Position numbers and translations under genes: made by a program. DNA of 48,019 bases from IMG/VR virus record IMGVR_UViG_3300027976_000058, one strand, 5' to 3'. Shown here in pieces: positions 18,469 through 28,345 of this stretch. A model generated the notes under the pieces. It searched no databases, was not told the origin of the DNA, and saw nothing but the letters and a program-made list of their open reading frames with translations. Every line of letters starts with the position of its first letter. Within the stretch, counting starts at the first letter, position 1. Source of the stretch: a virus.

Positions 18469-19212
18469 ATGACGATCAATAATCTTATTCAACAAGCAAC
18501 GCAGCATATAACCAAAAACTCGCCTATTATTTTGACGGCTGCTGGTGTTACTGGTGTTGCAACAACTGCCTATTTGGCGGCAAAAGGATCGTTTAAAGCG
18601 GCTCGAATGATTGATGCCGTCAAAAATGAGTCTCATGACCCAAAAGAACGTATCAAAAACAACATTAAGCTTGTATGGCCGTGCTATGTTCCAGCAGTTC
18701 TTTCTGGAACCGTGACTGTAGGAGCAATTCTATTATCGCATAAAGTTGACACAAGCAGAACTGCGGCAGCGGTTAGTGCATATTCCATAACCGAGAAAGC
18801 CTTTACACAATACAAAGATAAGGTTGTCGAAGAGATTGGGCAGCACAAAGAGCAAATTATTGTAGACGATATTGCCCAAGAGCAAGTTGAGAAGAATCCT
18901 CCGGGAAAAAATAACCTAGTTATTGCAGGGAGTGGCGACGTGCTTTGTTGCGAGCGATACACCGGTAGGTATTTCAACTCAACCATGGAGACTCTTCGTA
19001 AAGCACAAAACGACATAAACCAAGAGATTGTAAACCATTTGTATGTACCGCTTGATTCTTTCTATGACATGGTAAAGCTTCCATCAACGGCACACTCATC
19101 CGAAATGGGTTGGGACTCATACGAGTTCTTGGAGTTTAAGTTCTCAACCGTTATGACCGAAGACGGACGGCCATGTTTGGCGTTTGATTATAACTACGTC
19201 AAGCCAATCTAA
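18469..19212 (+). CDS. N-terminally membrane-anchored protein, paralog of 20817..21689
   Basis: 247 aa. ..TKNSPIILTAAGVTGVATTAYLAAKGSFKAARMID.. resembles ..TKKQSPHIFFAAGVIGIVGATVMACRATLKLDETLND.. Confidence 0.65.
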   Translation: MTINNLIQQATQHITKNSPIILTAAGVTGVATTAYLAAKGSFKAARMIDAVKNESHDPKERIKNNIKLVWPCYVPAVLSGTVTVGAILLSHKVDTSRTAAAVSAYSITEKAFTQYKDKVVEEIGQHKEQIIVDDIAQEQVEKNPPGKNNLVIAGSGDVLCCERYTGRYFNSTMETLRKAQNDINQEIVNHLYVPLDSFYDMVKLPSTAHSSEMGWDSYEFLEFKFSTVMTEDGRPCLAFDYNYVKPI

Positions 19213-19215
19213 GTA

Positions 19216-19244
19216 ACGCATATTATACAACGCTTATAATGAGA
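19216..19244 (+). promoter_or_regulatory. 29-nt promoter-like element, copy 3
   Basis: acgcatattatacaacgcttataatgaga. Confidence 0.6.
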
Positions 19245-19264
19245 AACTATTGAAGGAGTGATCC

Positions 19265-19465
19265 ATGCAAAACTTAAAAGAGTTTTATGCCGTAGATAAA
19301 CCTGAAGATGAAGACGACTTGCACATTCGGTTTGTGAAAGGTATTCTCGGCTCAATCGCCGGAATACTTGCCGCAATAACTGTAAATGCTATTGTTGATC
19401 TATACATTGACAGGTCTAACAACGATAAAGACAAAGACGAAGATAATAACACGATAACTCAGTAA
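19265..19465 (+). CDS. small membrane protein with an acidic tail
   Basis: 66 aa with RBS GAAGGAG. Bracketed by promoter copy 3 and a terminator. Confidence 0.6.
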   Translation: MQNLKEFYAVDKPEDEDDLHIRFVKGILGSIAGILAAITVNAIVDLYIDRSNNDKDKDEDNNTITQ

Positions 19466-19473
19466 TAGCCATC

Positions 19474-19520
19474 AAACCTAAGCATATGCCCTAACCGGCA
19501 TGTGTTTAGGTTTTTCTTTT
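19474..19520 (+). terminator. intrinsic terminator
   Basis: 17-bp stem aaacctaagcatatgcc / ggcatgtgtttaggttt (G-U pairs) followed by a T-run. Confidence 0.7.
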
Positions 19521-19533
19521 CAAGAAGGAAATC

Positions 19534-19974
19534 ATGCTTAAGAAAGAAATAAAGTACACAACCTTTGACGATGAAGAAGTCTCAGACATCTTCTACTTCA
19601 ATATTTCAAAGGCCGAGCTTGTTGAGCTTCAGGTCGATTACGTCGAAGGTTTCGACAAAGCTATAAACCGTATTGTCGAAGCTGAAGACACTCAAAAGCT
19701 TATAAAAGAGTTTAAGCGCCTTGTATTGTTCTCCTATGGAGAAAAGTCTCCTGATGGAAAGCGGTTCATCAAAAACGACCAGCTCCGTGAAGAATTCGCT
19801 CAAAGCGCGGCATATTCTGAGCTATTCATGCAGCTTGCTACCAATGCAAACGCTGCTTCTGAGTTCATAAATAGTGTAATCCCTAAGGGATTAGGAGAAG
19901 CTCTGGATCAAGACAAACCGAATGGCCCACCCCCAGCCCCTATCGCACCGATTCAAAACAACCCTAACTTATAA
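19534..19974 (+). CDS. hypothetical protein
   Basis: 146-aa ORF with RBS GAAGGAA and a Pro-rich C-terminus. Confidence 0.6.
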   Translation: MLKKEIKYTTFDDEEVSDIFYFNISKAELVELQVDYVEGFDKAINRIVEAEDTQKLIKEFKRLVLFSYGEKSPDGKRFIKNDQLREEFAQSAAYSELFMQLATNANAASEFINSVIPKGLGEALDQDKPNGPPPAPIAPIQNNPNL

Positions 19975-19985
19975 AGGAATCTTAT

Positions 19986-20663
19986 ATGGATTATCAAGGG
20001 AATACTAATAAAGATAAAGAAAAAAACCAGGAAACAAACAAAGATGTTACTGAAAAGGTAAAGGCTCCTAAAGACGAATCAGATCGAGAAACAAAGCTCG
20101 AAAAGGTTGTATCTGGAGAGGTTGTTACTCGAAAGAAGCCTCTTGGAAAGCGCTTTAAGGAACTCTTCCTTGGAGGGGAGTTCAAGTCTGCTGGGCAGTA
20201 CTTGGCAGCCGAAGTTCTTCTTCCTGCGTTCCGTAATCTCTTGGTTGATGCAACTACAAAGGGTGTTGAGCGCGTAGTCTATGGAGATTCTTCTCTTGCA
20301 AGAGGGAGAGCTCCTTCGGGATATTCTCCTAAGGTTACTTACAATACCCCGATAAATCGTGGATATTCTCGAAATGAAATGACTAGGGCTAATCTCCCAG
20401 ATCAACCTAGTCGACCACGACCACGGAATGACGGAACCGAACTTATTCTTGCTTCGCGCAGTGATGCAGAAATGGTTCTTGAAAGGCTTCAGGATGTAAT
20501 TGATCGTTATCAGGTCGCATCGTTGGCTGACCTACACGAGCTTGCTGGAATTCCAACTACGTATTTGGATAACAAATTGGGTTGGGAGTCTTTGCGATTT
20601 GCAGAGATTCGTCAGGTTAGAGAAGGATATTTATTGGATCTTCCGCCCACCGAACACATCTAA
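19986..20663 (+). CDS. hypothetical protein (Lys/Glu-rich N-terminus)
   Basis: 225-aa ORF with RBS AAGGAA. Confidence 0.6.
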   Translation: MDYQGNTNKDKEKNQETNKDVTEKVKAPKDESDRETKLEKVVSGEVVTRKKPLGKRFKELFLGGEFKSAGQYLAAEVLLPAFRNLLVDATTKGVERVVYGDSSLARGRAPSGYSPKVTYNTPINRGYSRNEMTRANLPDQPSRPRPRNDGTELILASRSDAEMVLERLQDVIDRYQVASLADLHELAGIPTTYLDNKLGWESLRFAEIRQVREGYLLDLPPTEHI

Positions 20664-20670
20664 AGGAGGT

Positions 20671-20814
20671 ATGATGGGTGGTAATGTAGAAAGAGAACAA
20701 CTAAAAAAAGTATACCCATCTAAGACGTGGGCTAAAAAAGTAGACAACATGTCCGATCAACAAATCACGGCGATTTATATTCGTCTCCAATCTGAAAGAA
20801 AGCTAGGGAGGTAG
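20671..20814 (+). CDS. hypothetical small protein (47 aa)
   Basis: ATG follows AAAGGAGG. The longer track ORF starting at 20500 overlaps the previous gene and lacks an RBS. Confidence 0.5.
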   Translation: MMGGNVEREQLKKVYPSKTWAKKVDNMSDQQITAIYIRLQSERKLGR

Positions 20815-20816
20815 TT

Positions 20817-21689
20817 ATGAAATTTATTCCAAACTCAGTAACTCGATCTGTGGCAAACAAAGTTTTGACCACAAAAAAGCAGTCCCCGCATATTTTCTTT
20901 GCTGCGGGTGTAATTGGTATTGTTGGTGCAACTGTTATGGCTTGTCGTGCAACACTAAAGCTTGATGAAACTCTGAATGATATTCAGAGGGACATAGAAG
21001 CAATTAAACCGGACGAAGTTACTAACAAAAATGCGGATTACTATAAAGACGTTGGATACGTTTATAGTAAGAATCTTATCCGTGTTGGTCGTCTGTATGG
21101 CCCTTCAGTGGCTCTTGGTGCGGTATCTATCGCAGCCCTAACTGGGTCGCACGTCAGTCTTGCCCGGCGCAACACAGCGCTAAGTGCTACTGCAGTAACT
21201 CTTGCTCAGGCATTTGACAACTACCGTGTTCGGGTCAAGGCAGAACTTGGCAACGAGCGTGAGTTAGATATTTACCATTCTGTTGAAAACAAGATTATCT
21301 CGAAAGTTGATGGCTCAAAAGAGATTGTAAAAGTAGCAGATCCAAACACATGGTCCCCGTATGCACGATTCTTTGATGAGTACTCGCCCTATTGGGAGAA
21401 AAATGCTGAGTTGAATCGAGTCTATGTCAACTGTCAACAAAACTACTTCAATCATCGACTACAAGCACATGGGCACGTCTTCTTGAACGAAGTGTACGAC
21501 ACGTTTGGTATTAAACGAACTAAAGCTGGTCAGGTTGTCGGCTGGATCATTGGCAAAGACGGTGATAACTATATAGACTTTGGTATGTATGCCTGCCATA
21601 ACAGAGACTTTATTAACGCAAGTGAACGTTCAATTCTTCTAGACTTTAATGTTGACGGAGTTATCTATGATAAGCTGGGAGGCGCGTAA
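20817..21689 (+). CDS. N-terminally membrane-anchored protein, paralog of 18469..19212
   Basis: 290 aa with RBS GGGAGG. Shares N-terminal architecture with 18469..19212. Confidence 0.65.
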   Translation: MKFIPNSVTRSVANKVLTTKKQSPHIFFAAGVIGIVGATVMACRATLKLDETLNDIQRDIEAIKPDEVTNKNADYYKDVGYVYSKNLIRVGRLYGPSVALGAVSIAALTGSHVSLARRNTALSATAVTLAQAFDNYRVRVKAELGNERELDIYHSVENKIISKVDGSKEIVKVADPNTWSPYARFFDEYSPYWEKNAELNRVYVNCQQNYFNHRLQAHGHVFLNEVYDTFGIKRTKAGQVVGWIIGKDGDNYIDFGMYACHNRDFINASERSILLDFNVDGVIYDKLGGA

Positions 21690-22474
21690 TGAATGAACAA
21701 TTAAAAGTGCTTGTAATGCCGGTTACGGTCGGGGTGGTTGCGTTCTGCGGAGGCCTAAGCCTTGGATACATGTTTGGAGCTCGACGTAAAGTCACAGTTT
21801 ATGTGGATCGTAAAGAACCAATTCGCCCACAAAAAGTTGTTATCGAGCCAAAAACAGAAATGGAAATTGACAAACCAGCCTTTGTTGAAAAACGTCAAAT
21901 CGTACTCACGCCTAACCCAGATCCGGCGGATATAAAGGTTGATCATGAAGCAAAAAAGCTTCGTGAAAGATTGACCGCAGACCACGGGTATTCAGAAGCA
22001 AACAAAATTATTGAAGATATGAAGCGCGCTTGGGTAGACGAGTATGCCGAGTCAGATGAAGAAAGAGTAGTCAATGTGTTTGCTGGAACTTCAGAAAAAT
22101 GGAATTACGACGAAGAGTTAAGGAATAGGACAAAAACTGCTCCGTACGTCTTACACAAAGACGAGTTTTGGGCAGAAGAGTCTGGGTATGAGCAATCAAC
22201 TCTGACATATTTTCAAGGAGATGATATCCTTGTTGACGATAAAGATGTGCCAATCTACAACCACAACATTGTTATTGGTGAATTGAAGTTTGGGCATGGA
22301 TCCGGAGATCTTAACGTGTTCTATGTCCGAAACGTTGGGCATCAAGCAGAGTATGAAATTCTAATGGATCGTGGAAGTTACGCGATTGAAATACTCGGAC
22401 TTGATGCAGACCAATTCCAGGAAAAAGAAGAGTCAATTCGTCATTCTTCGACAAAGTTCCGACCGGATGATTGA
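21689..22474 (+). CDS. hypothetical protein with an N-terminal TM segment
   Basis: 261 aa. ATGA-type overlap with the upstream gene. Confidence 0.6.
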   Translation: MNEQLKVLVMPVTVGVVAFCGGLSLGYMFGARRKVTVYVDRKEPIRPQKVVIEPKTEMEIDKPAFVEKRQIVLTPNPDPADIKVDHEAKKLRERLTADHGYSEANKIIEDMKRAWVDEYAESDEERVVNVFAGTSEKWNYDEELRNRTKTAPYVLHKDEFWAEESGYEQSTLTYFQGDDILVDDKDVPIYNHNIVIGELKFGHGSGDLNVFYVRNVGHQAEYEILMDRGSYAIEILGLDADQFQEKEESIRHSSTKFRPDD

Positions 22475-22998
22475 TTATGTCGGAATCGGTCGATGATCTA
22501 TATTTGGGTTGGCTCCAATCAAAAGTGTTGCTTCGTAATCAACCATGGTATAACTACAGCAATCTTATAAACACCTTACATAATGTAGAGTATATTTGGT
22601 TAATTTTGGGAGATGATAACCGAGCGGATGATGGTGTAGATCTAAGATTTGAGTTTCTAAGAGACTCAAAGATTATTGTAAACTCCGTCTGGCTTAAACA
22701 AAGTTGCTCTGTCCTTGAGATGTTTGTGTCCTTCTCAAGGCGGGCAAACTTTCAAACGGATAAAGACCCTTGTCACTGGTTTTGGGAATTTATATCGAAC
22801 TTGGAGCTATCGCATCTGCATAATGATAATTTTGTTATGGATGAGTTTTTAGATAAAATTAACACTTTTGTGTGGAGAACATACGAATACAACGGAAAAG
22901 GAGGTATATTACCTTTGACAAATCCTCAAAGCGATCAACGCGAAGTTCAAATCTGGGATCAATTCTTTGCCTATCTTGAAGAAAATAATTGTGAATGA
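22471..22998 (+). CDS. hypothetical protein
   Basis: 175 aa. Overlaps both neighbours by 4 nt. Confidence 0.6.
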   Translation: MIMSESVDDLYLGWLQSKVLLRNQPWYNYSNLINTLHNVEYIWLILGDDNRADDGVDLRFEFLRDSKIIVNSVWLKQSCSVLEMFVSFSRRANFQTDKDPCHWFWEFISNLELSHLHNDNFVMDEFLDKINTFVWRTYEYNGKGGILPLTNPQSDQREVQIWDQFFAYLEENNCE

Positions 22999-25900
22999 CG
23001 GGAGGTTCTGTGGATTTTTATAAGATTGTCGTTAAAGAAACTAAAGAAGGAACACTACAGATCCGCCCTGACTGGAAAGTTGGGCGTTCTAAAGATCTTA
23101 TGACTCGTGGTGGCACATTCTACGCCATTTGGAATGAAGAGCTTAGTCTCTGGTCAACGGATATTTATGACGTTCAACGCCTTGTAGACGATGACTTAAG
23201 GCGATATGCTACAGAGTTAGAGTCTAAAAGTGGAAACACGTACAAAGTGGCAACTATCGAATCCAATTCAACAAGATTGTGGGATGAATTCCAGAGGTTC
23301 ATTAGAAACAGTGGTAACAACAGCAACAACCTCGATGATAAGTTAACATTTGCTAATACTGAAGTAAAAAAGTCGGATCACGTCAGTAAAAGATTGCCCT
23401 ATTCTTTAGGGTCGACTAAATGTAATGCTTGGGAAACTATTGTTAGTACGCTATATTCTGAAGAGGAACGTGCTAAAATTGAGTGGGCTATTGGCGCAGT
23501 GGTCTCGGGGGACTCAAAACATATTCAGAAGTTTCTGGTGTTTTATGGTCCTCCGGGAAGCGGTAAGTCGACAATCCTAAACATCATCGGAGATTTGTTT
23601 ACTGGTTATACTTCAGTGTTTGACGCCCGAGAACTTGCGGGCAACAACAATGCGTTTGCTACGGCAGCGTTTAAATCCAATCCTCTTGTCGCAATCCAGC
23701 ATGATGGAGATCTATCAAGGATTTATGACAACACCAAACTAAACTCAATTGTAGCACATGAAACAATGACCGTTAACGAAAAGTATAGAACACCGTTTGA
23801 ATCTAAGTCTAATTCCTTCTTATTTATGGGTACTAACCTGCCAGTTAAGATAACAGACGCAAAGTCAGGTATCATTAGAAGATTGATTGACGTCGTCCCA
23901 ACACAAAGAACTATTGAGCATGATCTATATCACGAGTTAATGGATAGGATCAAGTTTGAATTGGGCGGGATTGCATATCACTGTTTAGAAAAGTATATTT
24001 CAATGGGTTCTAACTACTATAGCAATTACAAGCCCACAGAGATGATGCTTCAAACCGACGTATTTTACAACTTTATTGAAGCGTATTTTGATATTTTCAA
24101 AGACAATGACGGCGTTACTTTAAAAAAAGCTTGGTCTTTGTATAAAGAGTTCTGTTCTGAGACTGGCATTGAAAAGATGCTACCTCAGTACAAGCTTCGC
24201 GAACAGTTGAAAGATTACTTCTTTGAATTCCATGAAAGATACCGTGAGGATGGAGTCGACTTGAGGAGCTATTATAAAGGGTTTAAGCATATGTCACCGA
24301 ACCCACCACAACCTGGGTTCCCTATCAAGACGGATAAACCAAACCACATTGATCTAAGTGAAACTGTATCTGTCTTTGATCAGTTGCAATCTAACATGCC
24401 AGCTCAGTATGCCAACGAGCAAGGTATTCCTGAAAAGAAGTGGGAGAATGTAACCTCAACTCTAGTTGACCTGGACACAACGAAGCTCCACTACGTTAAG
24501 ATTCCAGAAACCTACATTGTCATAGACTTCGATCTTACGGACGAAAATGGCGAAAAGTCTTTGGAAAAGAACTTGGATGAAGCAAACAAGTGGCCAGCGA
24601 CTTATACTGAGTTAAGTAAAAGTGGTCGCGGACTGCATCTACACTATGAGTACACTGGTGGAAATGTACATGAGCTTTCTAATATTTACAGCGTTGGTAT
24701 CGAGATCAAAACTCTACTCGGAGACTCATCACTTCGCCGAAAGCTGACTTTTTGTAATGACGTAAACTTGACGCCGCTTAACAGTGGTCTCCCAAAAAAG
24801 GAGAAGAAGATGCTTAATGCCCAGAGTATTAAGAGCGAAAAAGGGCTTCGTGATATAATAACAAGGAACCTTCGGAAAGAGATTCATCCAGGGACAAAGC
24901 CCTCCGTGGATTTCATTCACAAAATTCTTGATGATGCTCACGAGTCTGATCTGTCCTATGATGTTAGAGATCTCCGAGGGGATATTCTTGGGTTTGCCTC
25001 TAAAAGCACAAATCATTCCTTGGACTGCATCAAAGTTGTTCAAAAAATGCAGTTCGTAGGAAAGAAAGAAATGCCTGAAATTACAGACATGGCAAATAAA
25101 CCCATCGTATTCTATGACGTTGAAGTTTACCCAAACTTGTTCGTTGTGTGTTGGAAAGTCAAAGACACTGATGAAGTAGTAAAGATGGTTAATCCAGAAC
25201 CTAAAGATATTGAACCACTACTTTCGCAAAAGCTTGTCGGATTCAACAATCGTCGGTATGACAATCATATTTTATATGCGCGGTTCCTTGGTTACTCAAA
25301 CGAGGAACTTTACCATCTAAGTCACAAAATCATAAATGGGGCAAATTCTCGTCAGGTATTGTTTGGAGAGGCATACAACCTCTCTTATGCGGATATTTAT
25401 GACTTTAGTTCTAAAAAACAAGGGCTTAAAAAGTTCATGATCGAACTTGGTATTCGTCATATGGAAATGGATATTCCTTGGGATGAGCCTGTAGATGAAG
25501 CCCTTTGGGACAAGGTTGTTGAGTATTGCGAAAACGATGTCATTGCTACCGAAGCTGTATTCAACAGCAGAAAGCAAGATTTTGTTGCAAGAGAAATTCT
25601 ATCGGAACTATCTGGGCTTTCCGTCAATCATACTACTCAAGCCCAGACATCTAAAATCATATTTGGAGATGCCAAACGTCCTCAAAACTCGTTTATTTAT
25701 ACCGATTTGAGTAACCAATTTCCGGGATATAAGTTTAATGGAAAAGAAAGCACCTATCGCGGAGAAGTAACAGGAGAAGGAGGTTATGTTTATGCAGAAC
25801 CAGGAATATACAAGAACGTTGCCCTTTTGGACGTTGCGAGTATGCATCCAACGAGTATCGAAGCCTTACATTTGTTTGGACAATACACGGAGGCCTTTTC

Positions 25901-26756
25901 AGAACTCAAGAAAGCACGTATGGCGATTAAACGTGAGGACTACACAGAAGCCAGGACTTTACTTGGAGGTAAACTTGAAAAGCATCTGGGGGATACTCAG
26001 GATGCTAAGGCATTGTCCTACGCTCTTAAGATTGTCATCAACAGCGTTTACGGGCTTACTAGTGCACGATTCGAAAATCCATTCAGGGATAACCGTAACA
26101 AGGATAACATCGTAGCTAAACGCGGAGCCTTATTTATGGTAGACCTAAAACACGCTGTTAAAGAGCAAGGGTTTACTGTTGCACACATCAAAACGGATTC
26201 GATCAAGATTCCCAATGCAACGTCAGATATTATCGAATTTGTAGTAAATTTTGGGAAGAAGTATGGCTATGACTTTGAGCATGAAGAAACTTACGATAAG
26301 CTTTGTCTTATCAACGATGCGGTCTATATTGCTAAGAATGGTCCTGAGTGGACTACTGTTGGTGCTCGTTTCCAGCATCCATACGTCTACAAAAAACTTC
26401 TCTCAAAAGAACCCATAGAATTCAATGACTACTGCGAAGCAAGAAGCGTCATGCAAGGAATAATGTACCTTGACTTTGTTGGTGACGGCGACCAAAACAA
26501 TTTTAGACACGTTGGTAGGACTGGAGTTTTTGTTCCCGTTGTTGAAGGAGGAGGAACCCTTCTTCGAGTAAAGGATAATAAATCCTATGCAGTAACAGGA
26601 ACAAAAGGATATTTGTGGATTGAAAAAGAAGTTGCAGAAAACCGTGTACAGAATGGTGAAGATCCACACATTGACCAATCATATTTTAGAAAGTTAGTGG
26701 ATTCGGCAATTGAATCTATCGAGAAATTTGGATCATACAAAGAGTTTATTTCATAA
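22995..26756 (+). CDS. replicase fusion: SF3/D5-like P-loop helicase, then a prim-pol-like domain, then a family-B DNA polymerase with 3'-5' exonuclease
   Basis: Walker A is FYGPPGSGKST. Prim-pol-like signature is YIVIDFDLTDE...SGRGLHLHY. Exonuclease motifs are FYDVEVYPN, NNRRYDNHIL and YCENDV. Polymerase-B motifs are LLDVASMHPTS (A), KIVINSVYG (B) and HIKTDSI (C). Confidence 0.8.
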   Translation: MTGGSVDFYKIVVKETKEGTLQIRPDWKVGRSKDLMTRGGTFYAIWNEELSLWSTDIYDVQRLVDDDLRRYATELESKSGNTYKVATIESNSTRLWDEFQRFIRNSGNNSNNLDDKLTFANTEVKKSDHVSKRLPYSLGSTKCNAWETIVSTLYSEEERAKIEWAIGAVVSGDSKHIQKFLVFYGPPGSGKSTILNIIGDLFTGYTSVFDARELAGNNNAFATAAFKSNPLVAIQHDGDLSRIYDNTKLNSIVAHETMTVNEKYRTPFESKSNSFLFMGTNLPVKITDAKSGIIRRLIDVVPTQRTIEHDLYHELMDRIKFELGGIAYHCLEKYISMGSNYYSNYKPTEMMLQTDVFYNFIEAYFDIFKDNDGVTLKKAWSLYKEFCSETGIEKMLPQYKLREQLKDYFFEFHERYREDGVDLRSYYKGFKHMSPNPPQPGFPIKTDKPNHIDLSETVSVFDQLQSNMPAQYANEQGIPEKKWENVTSTLVDLDTTKLHYVKIPETYIVIDFDLTDENGEKSLEKNLDEANKWPATYTELSKSGRGLHLHYEYTGGNVHELSNIYSVGIEIKTLLGDSSLRRKLTFCNDVNLTPLNSGLPKKEKKMLNAQSIKSEKGLRDIITRNLRKEIHPGTKPSVDFIHKILDDAHESDLSYDVRDLRGDILGFASKSTNHSLDCIKVVQKMQFVGKKEMPEITDMANKPIVFYDVEVYPNLFVVCWKVKDTDEVVKMVNPEPKDIEPLLSQKLVGFNNRRYDNHILYARFLGYSNEELYHLSHKIINGANSRQVLFGEAYNLSYADIYDFSSKKQGLKKFMIELGIRHMEMDIPWDEPVDEALWDKVVEYCENDVIATEAVFNSRKQDFVAREILSELSGLSVNHTTQAQTSKIIFGDAKRPQNSFIYTDLSNQFPGYKFNGKESTYRGEVTGEGGYVYAEPGIYKNVALLDVASMHPTSIEALHLFGQYTEAFSELKKARMAIKREDYTEARTLLGGKLEKHLGDTQDAKALSYALKIVINSVYGLTSARFENPFRDNRNKDNIVAKRGALFMVDLKHAVKEQGFTVAHIKTDSIKIPNATSDIIEFVVNFGKKYGYDFEHEETYDKLCLINDAVYIAKNGPEWTTVGARFQHPYVYKKLLSKEPIEFNDYCEARSVMQGIMYLDFVGDGDQNNFRHVGRTGVFVPVVEGGGTLLRVKDNKSYAVTGTKGYLWIEKEVAENRVQNGEDPHIDQSYFRKLVDSAIESIEKFGSYKEFIS

Positions 26757-26843
26757 AAAGAAAACTTCAAATACTTTAAATAAGGAGATAATAATGAATA
26801 ATGACATATTCGAGGAAAGTTCTACTATTGAGGAGAAAATTAA

Positions 26844-27308
26844 ATGAGTAACGAAGCTAAGACCTTTATGGTTGAAGATGCACAAATCATTTTCCGTAAC
26901 TTCACAGGTAAGGAAGGGCAGTACAATAGGGAAGGTGATCGAAACTTCGCTGTTATTCTTGACAAAGAAGTTGCGGTGAAGATGTTGGAGGACGGGTGGA
27001 ACGTCCGATACCTTGACCCTAGGGAAGAAGGGGATTTACCTACACCCTATATTCAGGTGGCAGTAAACTTCAATGTCCGTCCCCCACGAGTTATTATGAT
27101 CTCCGCCAACAGTCGTACGCAGTTAGATGAGGATAGTGTTGAGGTTTTGGATTGGGCCGATGTTGAGTTTGCAGACCTAATTGCTCGTGGGTATGACTGG
27201 AATGTTAATGGTAAAACGGGAACAAAGGCATATTTGCAGTCTCTCTTTATCACGATACATGAAGATGAACTAGAGCGTAAGTACTCCAAAAATCAGGACC
27301 CAAGCTGA
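26844..27308 (+). CDS. hypothetical protein. Possible ssDNA-binding protein by position
   Basis: 154-aa ORF with RBS GAGGAG, immediately after the replicase. The function is a guess. Confidence 0.3.
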   Translation: MSNEAKTFMVEDAQIIFRNFTGKEGQYNREGDRNFAVILDKEVAVKMLEDGWNVRYLDPREEGDLPTPYIQVAVNFNVRPPRVIMISANSRTQLDEDSVEVLDWADVEFADLIARGYDWNVNGKTGTKAYLQSLFITIHEDELERKYSKNQDPS

Positions 27309-27412
27309 TGAATTGGGATATTCTGTTAGGAGCTTGTATCATGCTGTTTGGCGTCTTGTCGGGATACGGAATTTCGCAAGCAGCTACCAACCCAATTTCG
27401 AAGGAGAATTAA
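27308..27412 (+). CDS. small membrane peptide (34 aa)
   Basis: Translated by hand. TGATG coupling to the upstream gene. Sequence is MNWDILLGACIMLFGVLSGYGISQAATNPISKEN. Confidence 0.35.
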   Translation: MNWDILLGACIMLFGVLSGYGISQAATNPISKEN

Positions 27413-27415
27413 AGT

Positions 27416-27838
27416 ATGGAATTTCAGACGTTTGTCCGTAAGCCTTTTGTTGTAGAGGCAATTGAAGTAACCGTTGAGAACATCAATGATATTTCTGAGT
27501 TCGTAGGCACTATGCGTACAAAGGATGACGGAACACCTTATATTCAAGTTGATCGTCGTCTCATCCCGAATGTTTTCCGAGTCTACCCAGGGTTCTGGAT
27601 GACTAAGATGGGTGACAACATTCGTTGTTATTCGGAAAGAATCTTTAACGAGCAGTTTATTGCAATAGAACCTGAAACACAGTCTTGGGTTGACTTCCTA
27701 AACAAAGAAGAGGATGAAAGTGTTCGCGAGGTCATTAAAATTCCTGGTGATGCACAGTTCGCAGTAGATGAAGAAGAGATTTTATACGTTAAGCTTGAGG
27801 CTATTGCGGAAAGTATTGCGGAGATTGTATCAGATTGA
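27416..27838 (+). CDS. hypothetical protein. Its C-terminal 24 aa duplicate the N-terminus of 28722..28958
   Basis: 140 aa with RBS AAGGAGAA. Confidence 0.65.
   Translation: MEFQTFVRKPFVVEAIEVTVENINDISEFVGTMRTKDDGTPYIQVDRRLIPNVFRVYPGFWMTKMGDNIRCYSERIFNEQFIAIEPETQSWVDFLNKEEDESVREVIKIPGDAQFAVDEEEILYVKLEAIAESIAEIVSD
27734..27806 (+). repeat. 73-bp direct repeat, copy A (partner 28734..28806, about 4 mismatches)
   Basis: attaaaattcctggtgatgcacagttcgcagtagatgaagaagagattttatacgttaagcttgaggctattg. Confidence 0.9.
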
Positions 27839-27945
27839 TAATAAGTTAGACGCAGGTAGTTAATATTTTAGGGCGCTAGAACCTATTGCGAGAGTTCTAC
27901 AGTCTGCGGAGAGTAACCCTATGACTCCCGGTCAGGCCGCCCAGT

Positions 27946-27974
27946 TCGCAATTAATACAATGCTTATAATGAGA
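27946..27974 (+). promoter_or_regulatory. 29-nt promoter-like element, copy 4
   Basis: tcgcaattaatacaatgcttataatgaga. Confidence 0.55.
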
Positions 27975-28114
27975 GAAGAGGTAAGATACGAAGGTGTATA
28001 AGAGAAAACTTATACCTACCTGGCGGCACCTGAAAAAGTGCTTAACGACTAGTTTTCGATAGGCTAGTAACCCACGCTTCTCTTTTTTTCTTTACCAACT
28101 AATTAGGAGAATAA

Positions 28115-28345
28115 ATGATATTAACCTGTGCTATTGGAAAGCTTGAGTTTGATGACAACATCAACATCAGCACGGCAAAACTTATTCGAGACGCAATCAT
28201 GGGATCTATCTTAAATCCAAGAGATGGAACCAAGCTTAAGACTCAAGAAGATTGCTTCAGGTATGCAAAAGACTATCACCCAGAAGGGTATAAGTTAAGT
28301 TCGGTAATAATACTATCAAGAACCAATAATGGAGGAAAGCAATGA
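28115..28345 (+). CDS. hypothetical protein
   Basis: 76 aa with RBS TAGGAGAA. Preceded by an about 140-nt hairpin-rich leader after promoter copy 4. Confidence 0.55.
   Translation: MILTCAIGKLEFDDNINISTAKLIRDAIMGSILNPRDGTKLKTQEDCFRYAKDYHPEGYKLSSVIILSRTNNGGKQ

Noticed and set aside
20500-20670. The long version (104 aa) of ORF 20500..20814.
   Set aside because: Its 5' 171 nt overlap the end of gene 19986..20663 in another frame and have no RBS. ATG 20671 directly follows AAAGGAGG.
26794-26847. 17-codon ORF with a good SD (TAAGGAGATAATA) upstream of gene 26844.
   Set aside because: It is too short to call as a gene from sequence alone. It may be a leader peptide or merely the SD region of the downstream gene.
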